From NCBI GenBank assembly GCA_021852275.1, contig JAJZNX010000015.1, forward strand, positions 9,316 to 73,315: a DNA stretch of 64,000 bases. Reading direction: 5' to 3'. The position numbers and the translations under genes were made by a program. The notes below the pieces were generated by a model that was not told the DNA's origin, searched no databases, and was given only the letters and a program-made list of their open reading frames with translations. Below are positions 1-9,829 of the stretch, one piece after another. Each line of letters opens with the position of its first letter. The stretch's first letter is position 1. This DNA is from Planctomycetota bacterium (GTDB lineage: Bacteria > Planctomycetota > Phycisphaerae > WQYP01).

Positions 1-488
1 CGCTCGAAAAGGTAAATATAATCTTTGCGCAACATTCCCATGTCGGGTCGCGGGGCTTTGATATCAACAATCGACGCGATGACTCGAGCCTCGTAACGGG
101 CAGCGATGTTGATAACTTCATCGACAAACCCCAGCACCTGGCGGCTATAAGCAACAAGTTCACGTTCCGTTACGGCACTGGCCTGCGCACCGTCCTTGGA
201 TGCACTTATTCCCTTCATCAGGGCGGAATGAGCAAGTTCCGACAGTTCGCCCTTGGCTATCTCTACCTTCCGCTGGGCGCTCCTGAACCGTTTTCGTTTC
301 AAGAGTTTTTTTGCCTTTAACTCGGTTACCCTGAGGTTACGCAAGTAATCGCCAAAAAAATCTTTTTCAGCCGCCCGTACTGCCTTCACCAGGTTCCACA
401 GGTTGGCTTCGGACACTGCCACGCCCGCAAGCACTTCGCAGGGCATCTCGTGGTGGTCGTGACCGCTTTCATCAATGAATAACAACAT
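1..488 (-). CDS. DUF3800-like protein, partial (3' end lies left of the window)
   Basis: This minus-strand open frame runs off the left edge; it is absent from the ORF track because it has no stop in the window. Hand translation from the ATG at 488 gives MLLFIDESGHDHHEMPCEVLAGVAVSEANLWNLVKAVRAAEKDFFGDYLRN... An N-terminal hydrophobic-IDESG start is typical of DUF3800. In-frame upstream ATGs at 539 and 698 are alternative starts. Confidence 0.5.
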   Translation of the reverse strand, partial: MLLFIDESGHDHHEMPCEVLAGVAVSEANLWNLVKAVRAAEKDFFGDYLRNLRVTELKAKKLLKRKRFRSAQRKVEIAKGELSELAHSALMKGISASKDGAQASAVTERELVAYSRQVLGFVDEVINIAARYEARVIASIVDIKAPRPDMGMLRKDYIYLFE

Positions 489-789
489 TCGCAACTCTCG
501 ATCGGCCAGACTCTTACTTGCGGAGATTATAACCACCATGGCGTGAATCTGGTGTTTCACCGGTTGGGGCCAGTTAACCTGCCAATCGTCGGTCGCCCAA
601 AAGGTTGCCGTATGCAATCGCTGACACCGCCCTCCTATCGTCGCGGACGGTGTTAAGGCCTCCCGGCGATAACGCCGTCGCCTTTCAGGGTGCGCCATTG
701 GCCGTATTGCGTGGCTTTGGGGTGAAGGTGGGGCGTGTTTCCGGTTCCGGCTTTGTCGCGGCCGTAAAAAAACGGCTGACCCTCGTTTT

Positions 790-2160
790 TCAGGCCCGCA
801 ACTTTTCCACACGGCCTATTAAGTCCCGGGCGGTTGATTCGTCATTAGCTTCAGCAATCACACGGGCTATCGGCTCGGTATTGCTGGGTCGCACGTGCAC
901 CCAGCCTTGCGGCCAATCAATACGTACGCCATCCTGGGTATCTAATTTTTCAGATTTGAAGGCATCGCGTACCCGGTCGACCAGAAGTCGGGCCTGGGCG
1001 GCGGTCGATGGGAATTTGGTTTTTATCATCGTGTAGCGGGGCAAGTCCTGCACCAGTTCACTGATGGTTTGGCCGGTTCTGGCCAGCAGATCCAGCACGG
1101 TGGCCATGGCGATAAAGGAATCCCGTACCGGCCCTACCCGCAAGTCAATCACGCCGCCGTTGCCTTCACCGCCGATAACGGCACCAAGTTCGAGCATTTT
1201 AGCGGCCACGTTGGCTTCGCCCACCGGGGTTCGAATCACCTGGCTGGAAAATTTGGCGGCAATATCGTCCACCATACGGCTGGTGGATAGATTGGTTACC
1301 ACGATACCTGGTTTGGCCAGTAAGCGAGCATAGACCGCCAGGGCCAGAGTGTACTCTTCACCAATGTAGTTGCCCTGTTCGTCCACAATGGCCAGGCGAT
1401 CGGCGTCTGGGTCCTGGGCAAACCCCACCGCGGCTTTGTGCCGCCGCACTTCATCGCATAGCGCCCCCAAGTTTTCCTTTACCGGTTCGGGCGTGTGGGC
1501 AAAGAGGCCGGTGGCCGCTCCATTTTGATGGATCAATTCCACTGCGAGTTTACCCAGGAGCATGGGGGTGGCTATGCAACCGGCGCCGTTGATACTGTCT
1601 ACCACTACACGGTAGCGGTGCTGGGCAATAGCCCGGGTGTCAAAAAATTGCAATACCGTCTGCACGTGATGGGCGTGGGCCCGGCTGTCGGTGGAAAAAT
1701 GACCGATGGAATCAATCCCAGCCGTCCGAAAAAGTCTGCCCAGATAAATCTGGTGAATTTTTCCGACGGACTGACCCGGAAAGCCTATACCATCGGAGCG
1801 GAGAAATTTCAGGCCGTTGTATTCCGGTGGATTGTGGGATGCCGTGATAACCACACTGGCATCGGTTTTAAGGAACCGCCCCATCAACGCCACGGTGGGC
1901 GTGGCAGTAACTCCCAGATCAATGACGGACACACCCACCGCCAGCAGGCCTGAGGCCAGAGCCTGGGCGATCATGGGTCCGCTGGTTCGTGAATCGCGGC
2001 CGATCGCCACCCGTAAAGGTGCCGTACCGGAACCAGTATCGGCCTGCTGGAGCAGGAATTCACCCAAAGCCCGGCCAAAATCCAGGGCATTTTGGGCGGT
2101 GAGGCTATCACCAATAATGCCGCGCACTCCGGAAACACTTACAATTAACTCAGCCATCAA
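790..2160 (-). CDS. alpha-D-phosphohexomutase family protein (phosphoglucosamine mutase / phosphomannomutase type)
   Basis: 456-aa ORF. It has an N-terminal SVSGVRGIIG motif and the active-site phosphoserine loop TASHNPPEYNGLKF, and its length fits the four-domain family. GlmM cannot be separated from PGM/PMM by eye. Confidence 0.8.
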   Translation of the reverse strand: MMAELIVSVSGVRGIIGDSLTAQNALDFGRALGEFLLQQADTGSGTAPLRVAIGRDSRTSGPMIAQALASGLLAVGVSVIDLGVTATPTVALMGRFLKTDASVVITASHNPPEYNGLKFLRSDGIGFPGQSVGKIHQIYLGRLFRTAGIDSIGHFSTDSRAHAHHVQTVLQFFDTRAIAQHRYRVVVDSINGAGCIATPMLLGKLAVELIHQNGAATGLFAHTPEPVKENLGALCDEVRRHKAAVGFAQDPDADRLAIVDEQGNYIGEEYTLALAVYARLLAKPGIVVTNLSTSRMVDDIAAKFSSQVIRTPVGEANVAAKMLELGAVIGGEGNGGVIDLRVGPVRDSFIAMATVLDLLARTGQTISELVQDLPRYTMIKTKFPSTAAQARLLVDRVRDAFKSEKLDTQDGVRIDWPQGWVHVRPSNTEPIARVIAEANDESTARDLIGRVEKLRA

Positions 2161-2213
2161 AATTCCTTTGATTTGTTTTCGCCATCAGGGGCATTCGCAA
2201 GATGAGACTTTGG

Positions 2214-5200
2214 CTATTGGCCGGCAGTGGAAAGTTTGGTGAAATAGGCCCGCACCGGATCGGCATAACCTTTGGGCACGCGGCCGATCATGGTGTCGGC
2301 GAGTTTGCGTTGTTTTTTGGCAATTTCCGGTGAATGTTCAACCACCAGCCGGGCCTGGGCACCGGTGAGCACTTTGGCCGCAGCCAGATTACGGGTGGCC
2401 ATGCGGGCATAAATCATGGCCGTGTGGTAATGAAATGCGTGCAGGGCCTGATTGGCATTTTGCATGAGCACGGCGGCCTCAATAAGTTTGAAATTGTTGA
2501 AACCGGCGGCACGCATTTCCAATTTCAGCCGATCCGTCTGGTTGAGCATCGCTGCCTGCAGGCCGGCCATGCGTTTGATATCCTTTTGTTCGGCCAGCGG
2601 GGCTGGTCCTTCCAGACCCGTGCCACCCCATCCGGATTTTTTACCACCACCGGTGGCTCCGCCCGGGGGCTGATGGGAGGAGTCTTTGATACGGCCACTC
2701 TGAAACGGATCATGGGTAAGCCGGGTCGGGGTGCGGCGACCACCTTTATTGGTGGCGGTGGCTCCGACCATTTCGCCACTGCTGCGGCCTTCGCGTCCGG
2801 AACCGCTGCGTCCCTGAATTTCATCATTCTTGGGCATCTGGTTGCCGGTAACACCCTGAGCGCTCATATCGCTGATGGGGCCATCCATAGCACCCCAGCC
2901 GAGGCCTTTGTTCATCGAATCGTTCCATTTGCTGCCCAGGCTTTCCATGGAATGGGTGAGATCCTCTTCATGCTCGAGGAGTTTGCCGATCATATCCTGC
3001 AATTTTGCGGGCAGCGGAGGGTTGGGCACATCGTTTTGGGCCACGGGTTCTTCCATTTCCCATTTGTAGGTATCGGGTTGCTGGAGCAGCCATTTTTCAA
3101 TGTTGGAGGATAATTTTTTGGCATCCTCCAGACCTTCCTGTTCCAGCGGCGTGGCAATTTTAATGGCTTTGATTTTCAGGGCGTTTTTGCTCATGGCCAG
3201 GGCAATTTTAAGTCCCGCCAGATCATCAAGCAGGGAGGCATTCGCGGAATCCTGCTCGGTGAGATTGCTGATATTGACCAGCGACTGATTCAGGAATTTG
3301 CTCCATTTATCTTCTAGGGCGGCCACATTTTTCAGGTTATGTTTGTCGGCGGCATCATATTGCGTAACGGGCTTGGCGGCCAGGCGTTCAGACATGTTGA
3401 GCACATCGCGCTGCTGCTTTTCAAGTTTTTTAAGCTCCAGGGCCAGATTTTTCCACGCCTGTCGGCCGGTGTTGGGGAACGAACTGCCCTGGTGCGATAC
3501 CAGGGAAGCAACCTGAGTGGAGTGATTGGAGGCCAGAGCCAGCAGGGCCTTCAGGGCGGTGATGACATTGGCCTGATGATGATGCAGGCTACGGACCAGA
3601 AGCGGCATTCCGCCCACACTGGATACCGTAGTGATATTTTGTGCCCGAGTCATGGCGGTACGCGCATCCCCATGGGAAAGTACATCCAGAGCCTGCCGGA
3701 TCATTTCCATTTGTGGCGTAAATGGAAAATGACGCGTGGTGGAATGCATGTAGGTGAGCAGCGATTTTTGTCCGATATAGACGTGCTGGGCCAGGATGTG
3801 CGCGGTTGGCAGTTCAACAGGCTTGAAGAGCACATTCGCCCGATCCCGCCAGCCCCGCTGCAGGGCCAGCATGCGTTGCAACCGGCCCTCCAGCCGCACC
3901 CACAGGCCACTGTGATGCCCAGCAGCAAGGGTACCACGGGTGATACGTATGCTGTACACCTGGCCCCGAGTGGTCTGCGGGCCGAGTTGTTGGCTGCCAA
4001 GATCCAAGTTGCGGTTATCGGTGGCCGTAAACCGGTAGCGGACCAGAGTTCCAGCCGGATAAGTGGCGGCGGGAAGGGCCAGGGCAAATTTCACTTTGGC
4101 CTGGGTGGCGGGACGGCCGTTTTCGGCATTGCCGATCGGCCAGCGCCGAATGGTGGTCAACGGTGCATTTTTGCCTGCGGCCACCTGCAGATGAATGGAG
4201 GTTAGGCCATAATCATCCAGGCCTTCGCCCAGCAGCGCCACGGTATTGCCGGGCGGTATGCTTAAATTACGATGTGGAATAAGATCATGCACGACCGGCG
4301 GATTATCCGGGATGGCCGTGATGACAAAACGAGAGTGATCTCCGGCCGATGTCCCGGCGACGCCATTGGCCGGAAATTGCTGCAGTGCTCCGCCGTTGGC
4401 ATCATCGAGAATAATTGCAAAGGGCGTGGTGGCCGACAGGGTAAAGGCCGCGGAAAAGTGTCTGCCATCCGTGGATGTCATGGATATGGTATGCCCATGG
4501 CCTTGCTCTAGAATGGCGGTTGCTCCCACCATGGCATGGCTTATTGTCATCGAGATTTTAATGCCACTGCCAAGCGGAGCCGCCGCCTGGTCTGCACCGG
4601 CCTGTACGGCGGCACCGGTTAAAACCACCGTATGCGGCTGGAGTTGGGTGTAGGCGGGCGGGGTGATGCTGATGGCCATGGAACTCAGGTCAATTCGCGG
4701 CAGCACGGAAAGATGGTAATAATTGGATTCCGTGCCATTGACGGAAATCATATAGGTCATATTTTCCGCAACGCTGGGCAGCACGTAGCGGTAGGAGCTG
4801 TTGTTTTGACCAAAAACGATCATACCGGCGGTTTCGGTTTTACCGCTTTTGAAGCGAAGATGGATTTTCGCCCGGGCCAGTCGATTGTGCGGCACATGCA
4901 CGTTGACCATGAAACTGACGCTTTGCCCGGCCAAAACGGTTTCGTTGCCGGGCAGGATGGAAAGAATCTGGGCGGTACCCTGCCGCGGTACAAAGCGGCC
5001 CGGCGCGGAAAGCACGCCCAGGCCATGGGCCATGGTGTTGGGGAATAAAATCGTCAAGGCCAGTGCGGCCAGCACGAATACTGCCGCCAGCAGCCACGGC
5101 CGGGTCTGCTGTTTCCAGGGCACCACGGAGGAAAGATTCTTGGATTGCAGACCGGCATGGATTTCGCGCAGGACCTGGGGAATCCAGTGCGCCCGCGGGT

Positions 5201-5702
5201 CGGCCAGGGCACCCAGAGACTGCTGATCGCCTAACTCGTCCAGTTCTCGGGCCAGCAGTACGGCATTAATCAGGGAGTTGTCCAATGGCAGTTTGCATTC
5301 CACCGCGCGCTGTTCGAGCCAACGGGCGATTTGGGCGTAGGCAGGTCTTTGCCAGAGTAACTCATGCAGAAATTTCCAATAGGCCACCGCCACGACCAGG
5401 GGTATCAAGGACAGGCCGGTCCAGCGAAGCCAGTGCGGCAAAGGCAGTGCCCCGGCCAGCAGAATAATTCCCGTTACCACGGGAATTACCATGGCCAGAA
5501 ACCTGCCCACGGCTCCTATAATCAAGGCCATGCGGTATTGGTTGCCGGCTGAATCAAGCCGATCCACAATTCCTCTAAATTCGCCGTCGAAGGGCATGGA
5601 TGGATCAATTGCGCTCATAAGCGGCTCCAGAGTTACCTGTGGCGAACCGATCTTGCGCAGCACCGCTGCGCAGGAGTTTTTAGTATAACGTGTATTCGGC
5701 AT
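2214..5702 (-). CDS. large membrane-anchored protein of unknown function
   Basis: 1162-aa ORF. Hydrophobic helices lie near the N-terminus (ALIIGAVGRFLAMVIPVVTGIILLAGAL, GLSLIPLVVAVAYW) and around residue 200 (WLLAAVFVLAALALTILF). A long non-membrane region follows, with a Gly/Ser/Arg-rich low-complexity tract near the C-terminus (GRSGSGREGRSSGE...GGATGGGKKSGWGGTG). No catalytic motif was recognised. Confidence 0.55.
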   Translation of the reverse strand: MPNTRYTKNSCAAVLRKIGSPQVTLEPLMSAIDPSMPFDGEFRGIVDRLDSAGNQYRMALIIGAVGRFLAMVIPVVTGIILLAGALPLPHWLRWTGLSLIPLVVAVAYWKFLHELLWQRPAYAQIARWLEQRAVECKLPLDNSLINAVLLARELDELGDQQSLGALADPRAHWIPQVLREIHAGLQSKNLSSVVPWKQQTRPWLLAAVFVLAALALTILFPNTMAHGLGVLSAPGRFVPRQGTAQILSILPGNETVLAGQSVSFMVNVHVPHNRLARAKIHLRFKSGKTETAGMIVFGQNNSSYRYVLPSVAENMTYMISVNGTESNYYHLSVLPRIDLSSMAISITPPAYTQLQPHTVVLTGAAVQAGADQAAAPLGSGIKISMTISHAMVGATAILEQGHGHTISMTSTDGRHFSAAFTLSATTPFAIILDDANGGALQQFPANGVAGTSAGDHSRFVITAIPDNPPVVHDLIPHRNLSIPPGNTVALLGEGLDDYGLTSIHLQVAAGKNAPLTTIRRWPIGNAENGRPATQAKVKFALALPAATYPAGTLVRYRFTATDNRNLDLGSQQLGPQTTRGQVYSIRITRGTLAAGHHSGLWVRLEGRLQRMLALQRGWRDRANVLFKPVELPTAHILAQHVYIGQKSLLTYMHSTTRHFPFTPQMEMIRQALDVLSHGDARTAMTRAQNITTVSSVGGMPLLVRSLHHHQANVITALKALLALASNHSTQVASLVSHQGSSFPNTGRQAWKNLALELKKLEKQQRDVLNMSERLAAKPVTQYDAADKHNLKNVAALEDKWSKFLNQSLVNISNLTEQDSANASLLDDLAGLKIALAMSKNALKIKAIKIATPLEQEGLEDAKKLSSNIEKWLLQQPDTYKWEMEEPVAQNDVPNPPLPAKLQDMIGKLLEHEEDLTHSMESLGSKWNDSMNKGLGWGAMDGPISDMSAQGVTGNQMPKNDEIQGRSGSGREGRSSGEMVGATATNKGGRRTPTRLTHDPFQSGRIKDSSHQPPGGATGGGKKSGWGGTGLEGPAPLAEQKDIKRMAGLQAAMLNQTDRLKLEMRAAGFNNFKLIEAAVLMQNANQALHAFHYHTAMIYARMATRNLAAAKVLTGAQARLVVEHSPEIAKKQRKLADTMIGRVPKGYADPVRAYFTKLSTAGQ

Positions 5703-5836
5703 TTGCGTTGCCTTGAGATGGGTAAAATCGGTTCAAAAGGGCGGGGCCATGTCGCAATTTTGCCGGCGTCGTGGCCGATCTGGGCGTGCCGACGGATGTG
5801 GCGGCTGCGGTATGCGGAGCAGACGAACGTTTTTCA

Positions 5837-6451
5837 TTAAGGCGAAACATTGGGACTTTGTTTCAATGCGAACACCAGCACCTGTCGCAGTTGGCCGCGG
5901 GCATCCATATCATTGTGAATGATGCCGATTTGCGAAAACCCCAGAGCCTGGGCGATTCGGATGACGTGGGCGCTTTTTTCGTCGCAGGTAAGGAGCAACT
6001 GGGCTGGCCTGAGTTGTGGCTGCACCACGGGAATAAGGGCGTTAGCGGCTTCGGCCATAAAGTTTTTTCCACGGCAACTGCTGCGCCGCCAGAAGCCGAG
6101 TTCCCAATTCGTGGGGCGGTCGCGGTTGCGGTACAGGGCCATCATTCCCACTGCGGAATGGCCAATGATTTCGCGCAGCACGTAGTCTACGCGCTGACCG
6201 TATTTGTTTTGCGTCAGCAAAGAGGCCACAAACCTCCGCGAGAATTTTTCGCTGTCGGATTTGATGGCCCAATCGCATGTGGCGCTGAGTTCCGCGGTGG
6301 ATTCGGCCAGGGCGGTGTGAATGTCGGCGGTGTCAAGAAGCGTAAGGCGCGATGCAATGAGTCTTGGCGTGGTAAAGACGGCGGGCACTGTAAATGGAAT
6401 CGGGGCATTAGTTCGGTGGTACGATAATTTCATGCACCAAGAGTATCGCAA
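5837..6451 (-). CDS. GNAT family N-acetyltransferase (RimJ/RimL-like)
   Basis: 204-aa ORF. The TPRLIASRLTLLD start of the domain, WELGFWRRSSCRGKNFMAEAANAL (acetyl-CoA loop region) and the overall size resemble RimJ/RimL-type GNATs. Confidence 0.6.
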   Translation of the reverse strand: MRYSWCMKLSYHRTNAPIPFTVPAVFTTPRLIASRLTLLDTADIHTALAESTAELSATCDWAIKSDSEKFSRRFVASLLTQNKYGQRVDYVLREIIGHSAVGMMALYRNRDRPTNWELGFWRRSSCRGKNFMAEAANALIPVVQPQLRPAQLLLTCDEKSAHVIRIAQALGFSQIGIIHNDMDARGQLRQVLVFALKQSPNVSP

Positions 6452-6766
6452 ATCAATGGCTGGTCCAAGCCTGGCAGGGTCGCCGCCGGGTGCAAGACGC
6501 GGCCATTTTTCCGAACAGAAATGACAAGGCCAGTTGAATCGCTGCTACGGTGAGGCCAGCGGAGCCTCTCTACGCATGGCGCAGGTCCGCGGCTGTTTGG
6601 CGTTGAGGAGCGGCTGCGGCTGCAAAGCGGCGTTGTTGGCAGGCTGATCTGGTGTGTATATTCAGGCGGCATAGGCCGCCGTAATCATCATTTGCACCAG
6701 CTTCCTGAATCCTGTGGGGCGTTTGGCCTCCTAACATTATATGCTTAATATTTAATAAAAATTTAT

Positions 6767-6794
6767 TTGCATTTGTAACGCACATAGATATAAT
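6767..6794 (+). promoter_or_regulatory. sigma70-like promoter candidate upstream of PEP-CTERM gene 1
   Basis: TTGCAT (6767-6772), a 16-nt spacer, then TATAAT (6789-6794), preceded by an AT-rich tract (6735-6766). It is followed by a 9-bp stem hairpin (6802-6826, GGTCAGACT/AGTCTGATC) and a small GAAA-loop hairpin (6826-6839). Confidence 0.4.
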
Positions 6795-6955
6795 GCTGTC
6801 TGGTCAGACTTGTTGTGAGTCTGATCGGTCGAAAGATCGTCAGCGGTTACGGTGGTTATATGGAGGATAACATGTTTACCCATTGGATTTCTTCGCGTGG
6901 TTGCGGCCTGGAAAACAGCCTTCGGATTTCACAATGGCGACGAAAACCGCCGCAT

Positions 6956-7777
6956 ATGCCTAAGTTCGGGACGAAGCGCGGCATAAGGCCCAAGTATTGG
7001 GTATTGACGCTGGGGCTGTTGGCGGTTGGCGCATTGCCATCGGCCAGTCTTTCGGCGTCGCTGCTCGTTGATTACAAAGCCGTCAACTACAATCCTAACA
7101 CTGGCGTATGGGCTGATTCATCGGGTAATGCCAATAACGCTACAACGCCCAATGGGGCAAGCTCGCCGACGCTGTTAGCTAACGCCACCCCCAACGGGTC
7201 TTCCGCGGTTAATTTTGCCATTGGCGCGCAGAGCGAATACCTGGGTATAACAACAGGTTTAGCGGCGGGCAGTGGGTATACCGTTTTGGCTTTTGCCGAG
7301 CCTACCGAGGCAACCTATTTTGAAAATGTAATAGGTGGTCCGACCGGAGCTATGACCTATCGCACTCAACCGACGAACGGCGTCAACTATCAGGTGCTGG
7401 GCAATAATCTAACCACCTTTGGCACATCCATTACCGGTGTACCGACGAGTGCATTTAGCATGATCGGTGTGGCGACTGACAACACGGGTAACGCAACTTT
7501 CTATTTTAACGGCAACACCGATGGAACCACCACCGGCAGTGATGCCTTCACTGCCCCCATCAACCTGATTGGAACTGCGCCGGCGGCTGGCCTTTTCACC
7601 GGCAACATTGCCGAGCTACAGATTTACAGCGGTGTGCTAAGCACCAGCCAGGTTCAGGCGGTCAACCAGACGTTCATCAATTTGTACGTCAATCCGGTGC
7701 CGGAGCCAACGGGTTTGGTGTTGCTGGCGGGTGCGGGTGCAGCGTTGCTGCGGCTTCGTCGCAAAAGTGCTGTGTAA
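6956..7777 (+). CDS. PEP-CTERM sorting-domain protein with LamG/concanavalin-like lectin-type domain
   Basis: The C-terminus VPEPTGLVLLAGAGAALLRLRRKSAV has the PEP motif, a TM helix and a basic tail. A signal-like N-terminus starts at the ATG at 6956 (MPKFGTKRGIRPKYWVLTLGLLAVGALPSASLSA). FTGNIAELQIYSGVLS resembles the end of LamG-type jelly rolls. The maximal ORF begins at GTG 6815. Confidence 0.8.
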   Translation: MPKFGTKRGIRPKYWVLTLGLLAVGALPSASLSASLLVDYKAVNYNPNTGVWADSSGNANNATTPNGASSPTLLANATPNGSSAVNFAIGAQSEYLGITTGLAAGSGYTVLAFAEPTEATYFENVIGGPTGAMTYRTQPTNGVNYQVLGNNLTTFGTSITGVPTSAFSMIGVATDNTGNATFYFNGNTDGTTTGSDAFTAPINLIGTAPAAGLFTGNIAELQIYSGVLSTSQVQAVNQTFINLYVNPVPEPTGLVLLAGAGAALLRLRRKSAV

Positions 7778-8241
7778 CGCCGACATCAGGCCCGCATTTT
7801 CATCTTGCCGACGTTGGGTCTGCGTTACACGGTGGCGGTTTCCAGCCTGTTGGCAGGAATGAGCCTGCGGCGAAGGTAAGGCGCGGCCCCTTATGGCCTC
7901 CATCGGCTGCATGGAATAAGCGCAATCTTATTCCTGCGGTGCAAGTTCCTGGGCATCGGCAATGTATTTTGGGCGGCCGGTGGCGATCTTATATTGAAGC
8001 AGCCGTTTCCGGCAGATAAAGTTTACCGGCAAGTCATCCAGGTCCGCTGGTCCAGCGTGGCCCAGGCCCGATCAAATTTCACCTTGCAGCCACCAGAATG
8101 CACCTGGCCAATGCGAGGCAAATCGCGGGCGGTTCGGGGTGGGTGGTGGCGGATGTTGACGGTTTGGCTTTTCCGGCACGTAGCGAAGAAAACCCGCATG
8201 AACATTGCGAAAACGGCATGGATCAAGGGGATTGTATGCAC

Positions 8242-8315
8242 AGGCCGGAGTGGGATTCGAACCCACGAATCGCGGATTTGCAATCCGCTCCCTTAGTCCG
8301 CTCGGGCATCCGGCC
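8242..8315 (-). tRNA. tRNA-Cys (GCA)
   Basis: Reverse complement is GGCCGGATGCCCGAGCGGACTAAGGGAGCGGATTGCAAATCCGCGATTCGTGGGTTCGAATCCCACTCCGGCCT. It shows a 7-bp acceptor stem, anticodon loop TTGCAAA, T-arm GTGGGTTCGAATCCCAC and discriminator U, as expected for Cys. No CCA is encoded. Confidence 0.85.
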
Positions 8316-8460
8316 ACAAACGCATCAGGTAAAATAGCAGAAAAACTCTTCTTCGGCTACACTTCCTTGGCTAACACGCCCGGTTCTGCCTTCACTGGAG
8401 CGGGCCGGGGCGGGGCGGGGCGGAAAAGTGTGAAATGAGCTTGGCTAAAGGATGTGATTC

Positions 8461-9756
8461 ATGGCGGATCTGCGAAAGACGATTGGCGAAAGTTCCTGGT
8501 TTGTGCGGGATCGATTCGGGATGTTTATTCACTGGGGGCTGTATTCGATGGCGGCCCGGCACGAATGGGTGATGCATCACGAAAAAATTCCGCCCCAGGA
8601 CTATGAAAAAAAATACTTTTCACGTTTTGATCCAGACCTGTATAACCCGCAGGCCTGGGCGGATGCAGCCAGCCGCGCCGGCATGAAGTATTTTGTGATT
8701 ACCACCAAGCATCACGAAGGATTTTGCCTGTGGGATTCCAAGCTTACCACTTACAAGGCCACGCGTACGCCGGCCGGGCGCGATCTGCTGCGTCCCATGG
8801 TGGAAGCGTTTCGCCAACGGGATTTGCGGGTAGGCTTGTACCATTCTCTGATTGACTGGCACCATGACCAGTATGTGATTGATCCGCACTTTGGGCCGCT
8901 GCGGGACCATCCGGATCGGGCCAAGTTCAACCAGGGTCGCAATCAGGCCAAGTATGCTGCGTATCTACATGGGCAGGTGCGGGAATTGCTGAGCCACTAC
9001 GGCAAAATTGACGTGCTGTGGTTTGATTTCAGCTACCCCAAGCCGGATGGTTTGGGCAAGGGGCGTCAGGACTGGCAAAGTGAGAAGCTCTACAAACTGG
9101 TGCGTAAGTTGCAGCCGAAGGTGCTGCTCAACGACCGCATTGACCTGCCGGATAGCTGGGACATTAAAACGCCGGAGCAGGTGGTGCCGCGGCAAGGGGT
9201 GGTGGTGGACGGCCAGCCCGTGGTGTGGGAGGCGTGCCACACCTTTTCGGGTTCGTGGGGTTATCACCGGGATGAGCAATCATGGAAAAGTGTGGGGCAG
9301 TTGGTGGAAATGCTCATCGACACGGTAAGCAAAGACGGTAATTTGCTGCTGAATGTAGGCCCCACATCCCGGGGCACTTTTGATGAACGGACGATGGAGC
9401 GGCTTAACGGTATCGGCCAATGGATGGATCTGCACAGCCGATCTATTTACGGCTGCGGAGCTGCGCCGGCGGAATTTCCAGTACCGCAGGATTGTCGATT
9501 GACCTGGAATCCGGTCCGGAAGCGCATGTATGTGCATGTACTGGCGTGGCCGTTCCGGCATCTACACCTGGATGGATTCAAGAATCGGGTGGAATACGCC
9601 CAGTTGCTCAACGATGGTTCGGAAATATGCTTTCATCAGGACGGCCACCATGGGCTGAATTTCAAGGGTGTGGCCACACCGGAAACGCTGACCCTGGAAT
9701 TGCCGGTGCAACGGCCCCAGGTTACGGTACCGGTGATTGAACTGTTTATGAAATAG
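8461..9756 (+). CDS. alpha-L-fucosidase (GH29-like), no signal peptide
   Basis: 431 aa. It carries FGMFIHWGLYSMAA...AGMKYFVITTKHHEGFCLWDS, the characteristic GH29 N-terminal catalytic-domain motifs. The protein starts about 18 residues before the conserved core, so it is probably cytoplasmic. Confidence 0.85.
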   Translation: MADLRKTIGESSWFVRDRFGMFIHWGLYSMAARHEWVMHHEKIPPQDYEKKYFSRFDPDLYNPQAWADAASRAGMKYFVITTKHHEGFCLWDSKLTTYKATRTPAGRDLLRPMVEAFRQRDLRVGLYHSLIDWHHDQYVIDPHFGPLRDHPDRAKFNQGRNQAKYAAYLHGQVRELLSHYGKIDVLWFDFSYPKPDGLGKGRQDWQSEKLYKLVRKLQPKVLLNDRIDLPDSWDIKTPEQVVPRQGVVVDGQPVVWEACHTFSGSWGYHRDEQSWKSVGQLVEMLIDTVSKDGNLLLNVGPTSRGTFDERTMERLNGIGQWMDLHSRSIYGCGAAPAEFPVPQDCRLTWNPVRKRMYVHVLAWPFRHLHLDGFKNRVEYAQLLNDGSEICFHQDGHHGLNFKGVATPETLTLELPVQRPQVTVPVIELFMK

Positions 9757-9829
9757 CCGCATCTAACAATTGGCCCAACGGAACCGTTTGTCCCACCGGG
9801 TTATTGATCCGGCTTTTGGTGCGTCTTGG

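Noticed and set aside
5771-6427. A 218-aa ORF on the plus strand.
   Set aside because: It is antisense to the GNAT acetyltransferase gene, and the GNAT frame carries the recognisable motifs.
6797-6826. A shared TGTCTGG ... CTGATC motif in the 5' leaders of both PEP-CTERM genes; the second copy is at 18987-19000. I considered it as a conserved PEP-CTERM regulatory box.
   Set aside because: The two halves are contiguous in one leader and split by 16 nt in the other. Their distance from the promoter differs (3 nt versus 48 nt after the -10). The match is short enough to be chance.
6767-6955. A search for sigma54 (-24 GG / -12 GC) promoters upstream of the PEP-CTERM genes, which might link them to the NtrC-type regulator at 44834.
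   Set aside because: No GG-N10-GC element with flanking TGGCAC/TTGC context was found in either leader. Sigma70-like boxes fit better.
7925-8200. A possible frameshifted gene remnant on the minus strand next to tRNA-Cys (…GGCKVKFDRAWATLDQRTWM / LPVNFICRKRLLQYKIATGRPKYIADAQELAPQE*).
   Set aside because: Two short frames can be joined, but I could not assign them to any family (integrase, antitoxin or other). They could be chance ORFs in an intergenic region.
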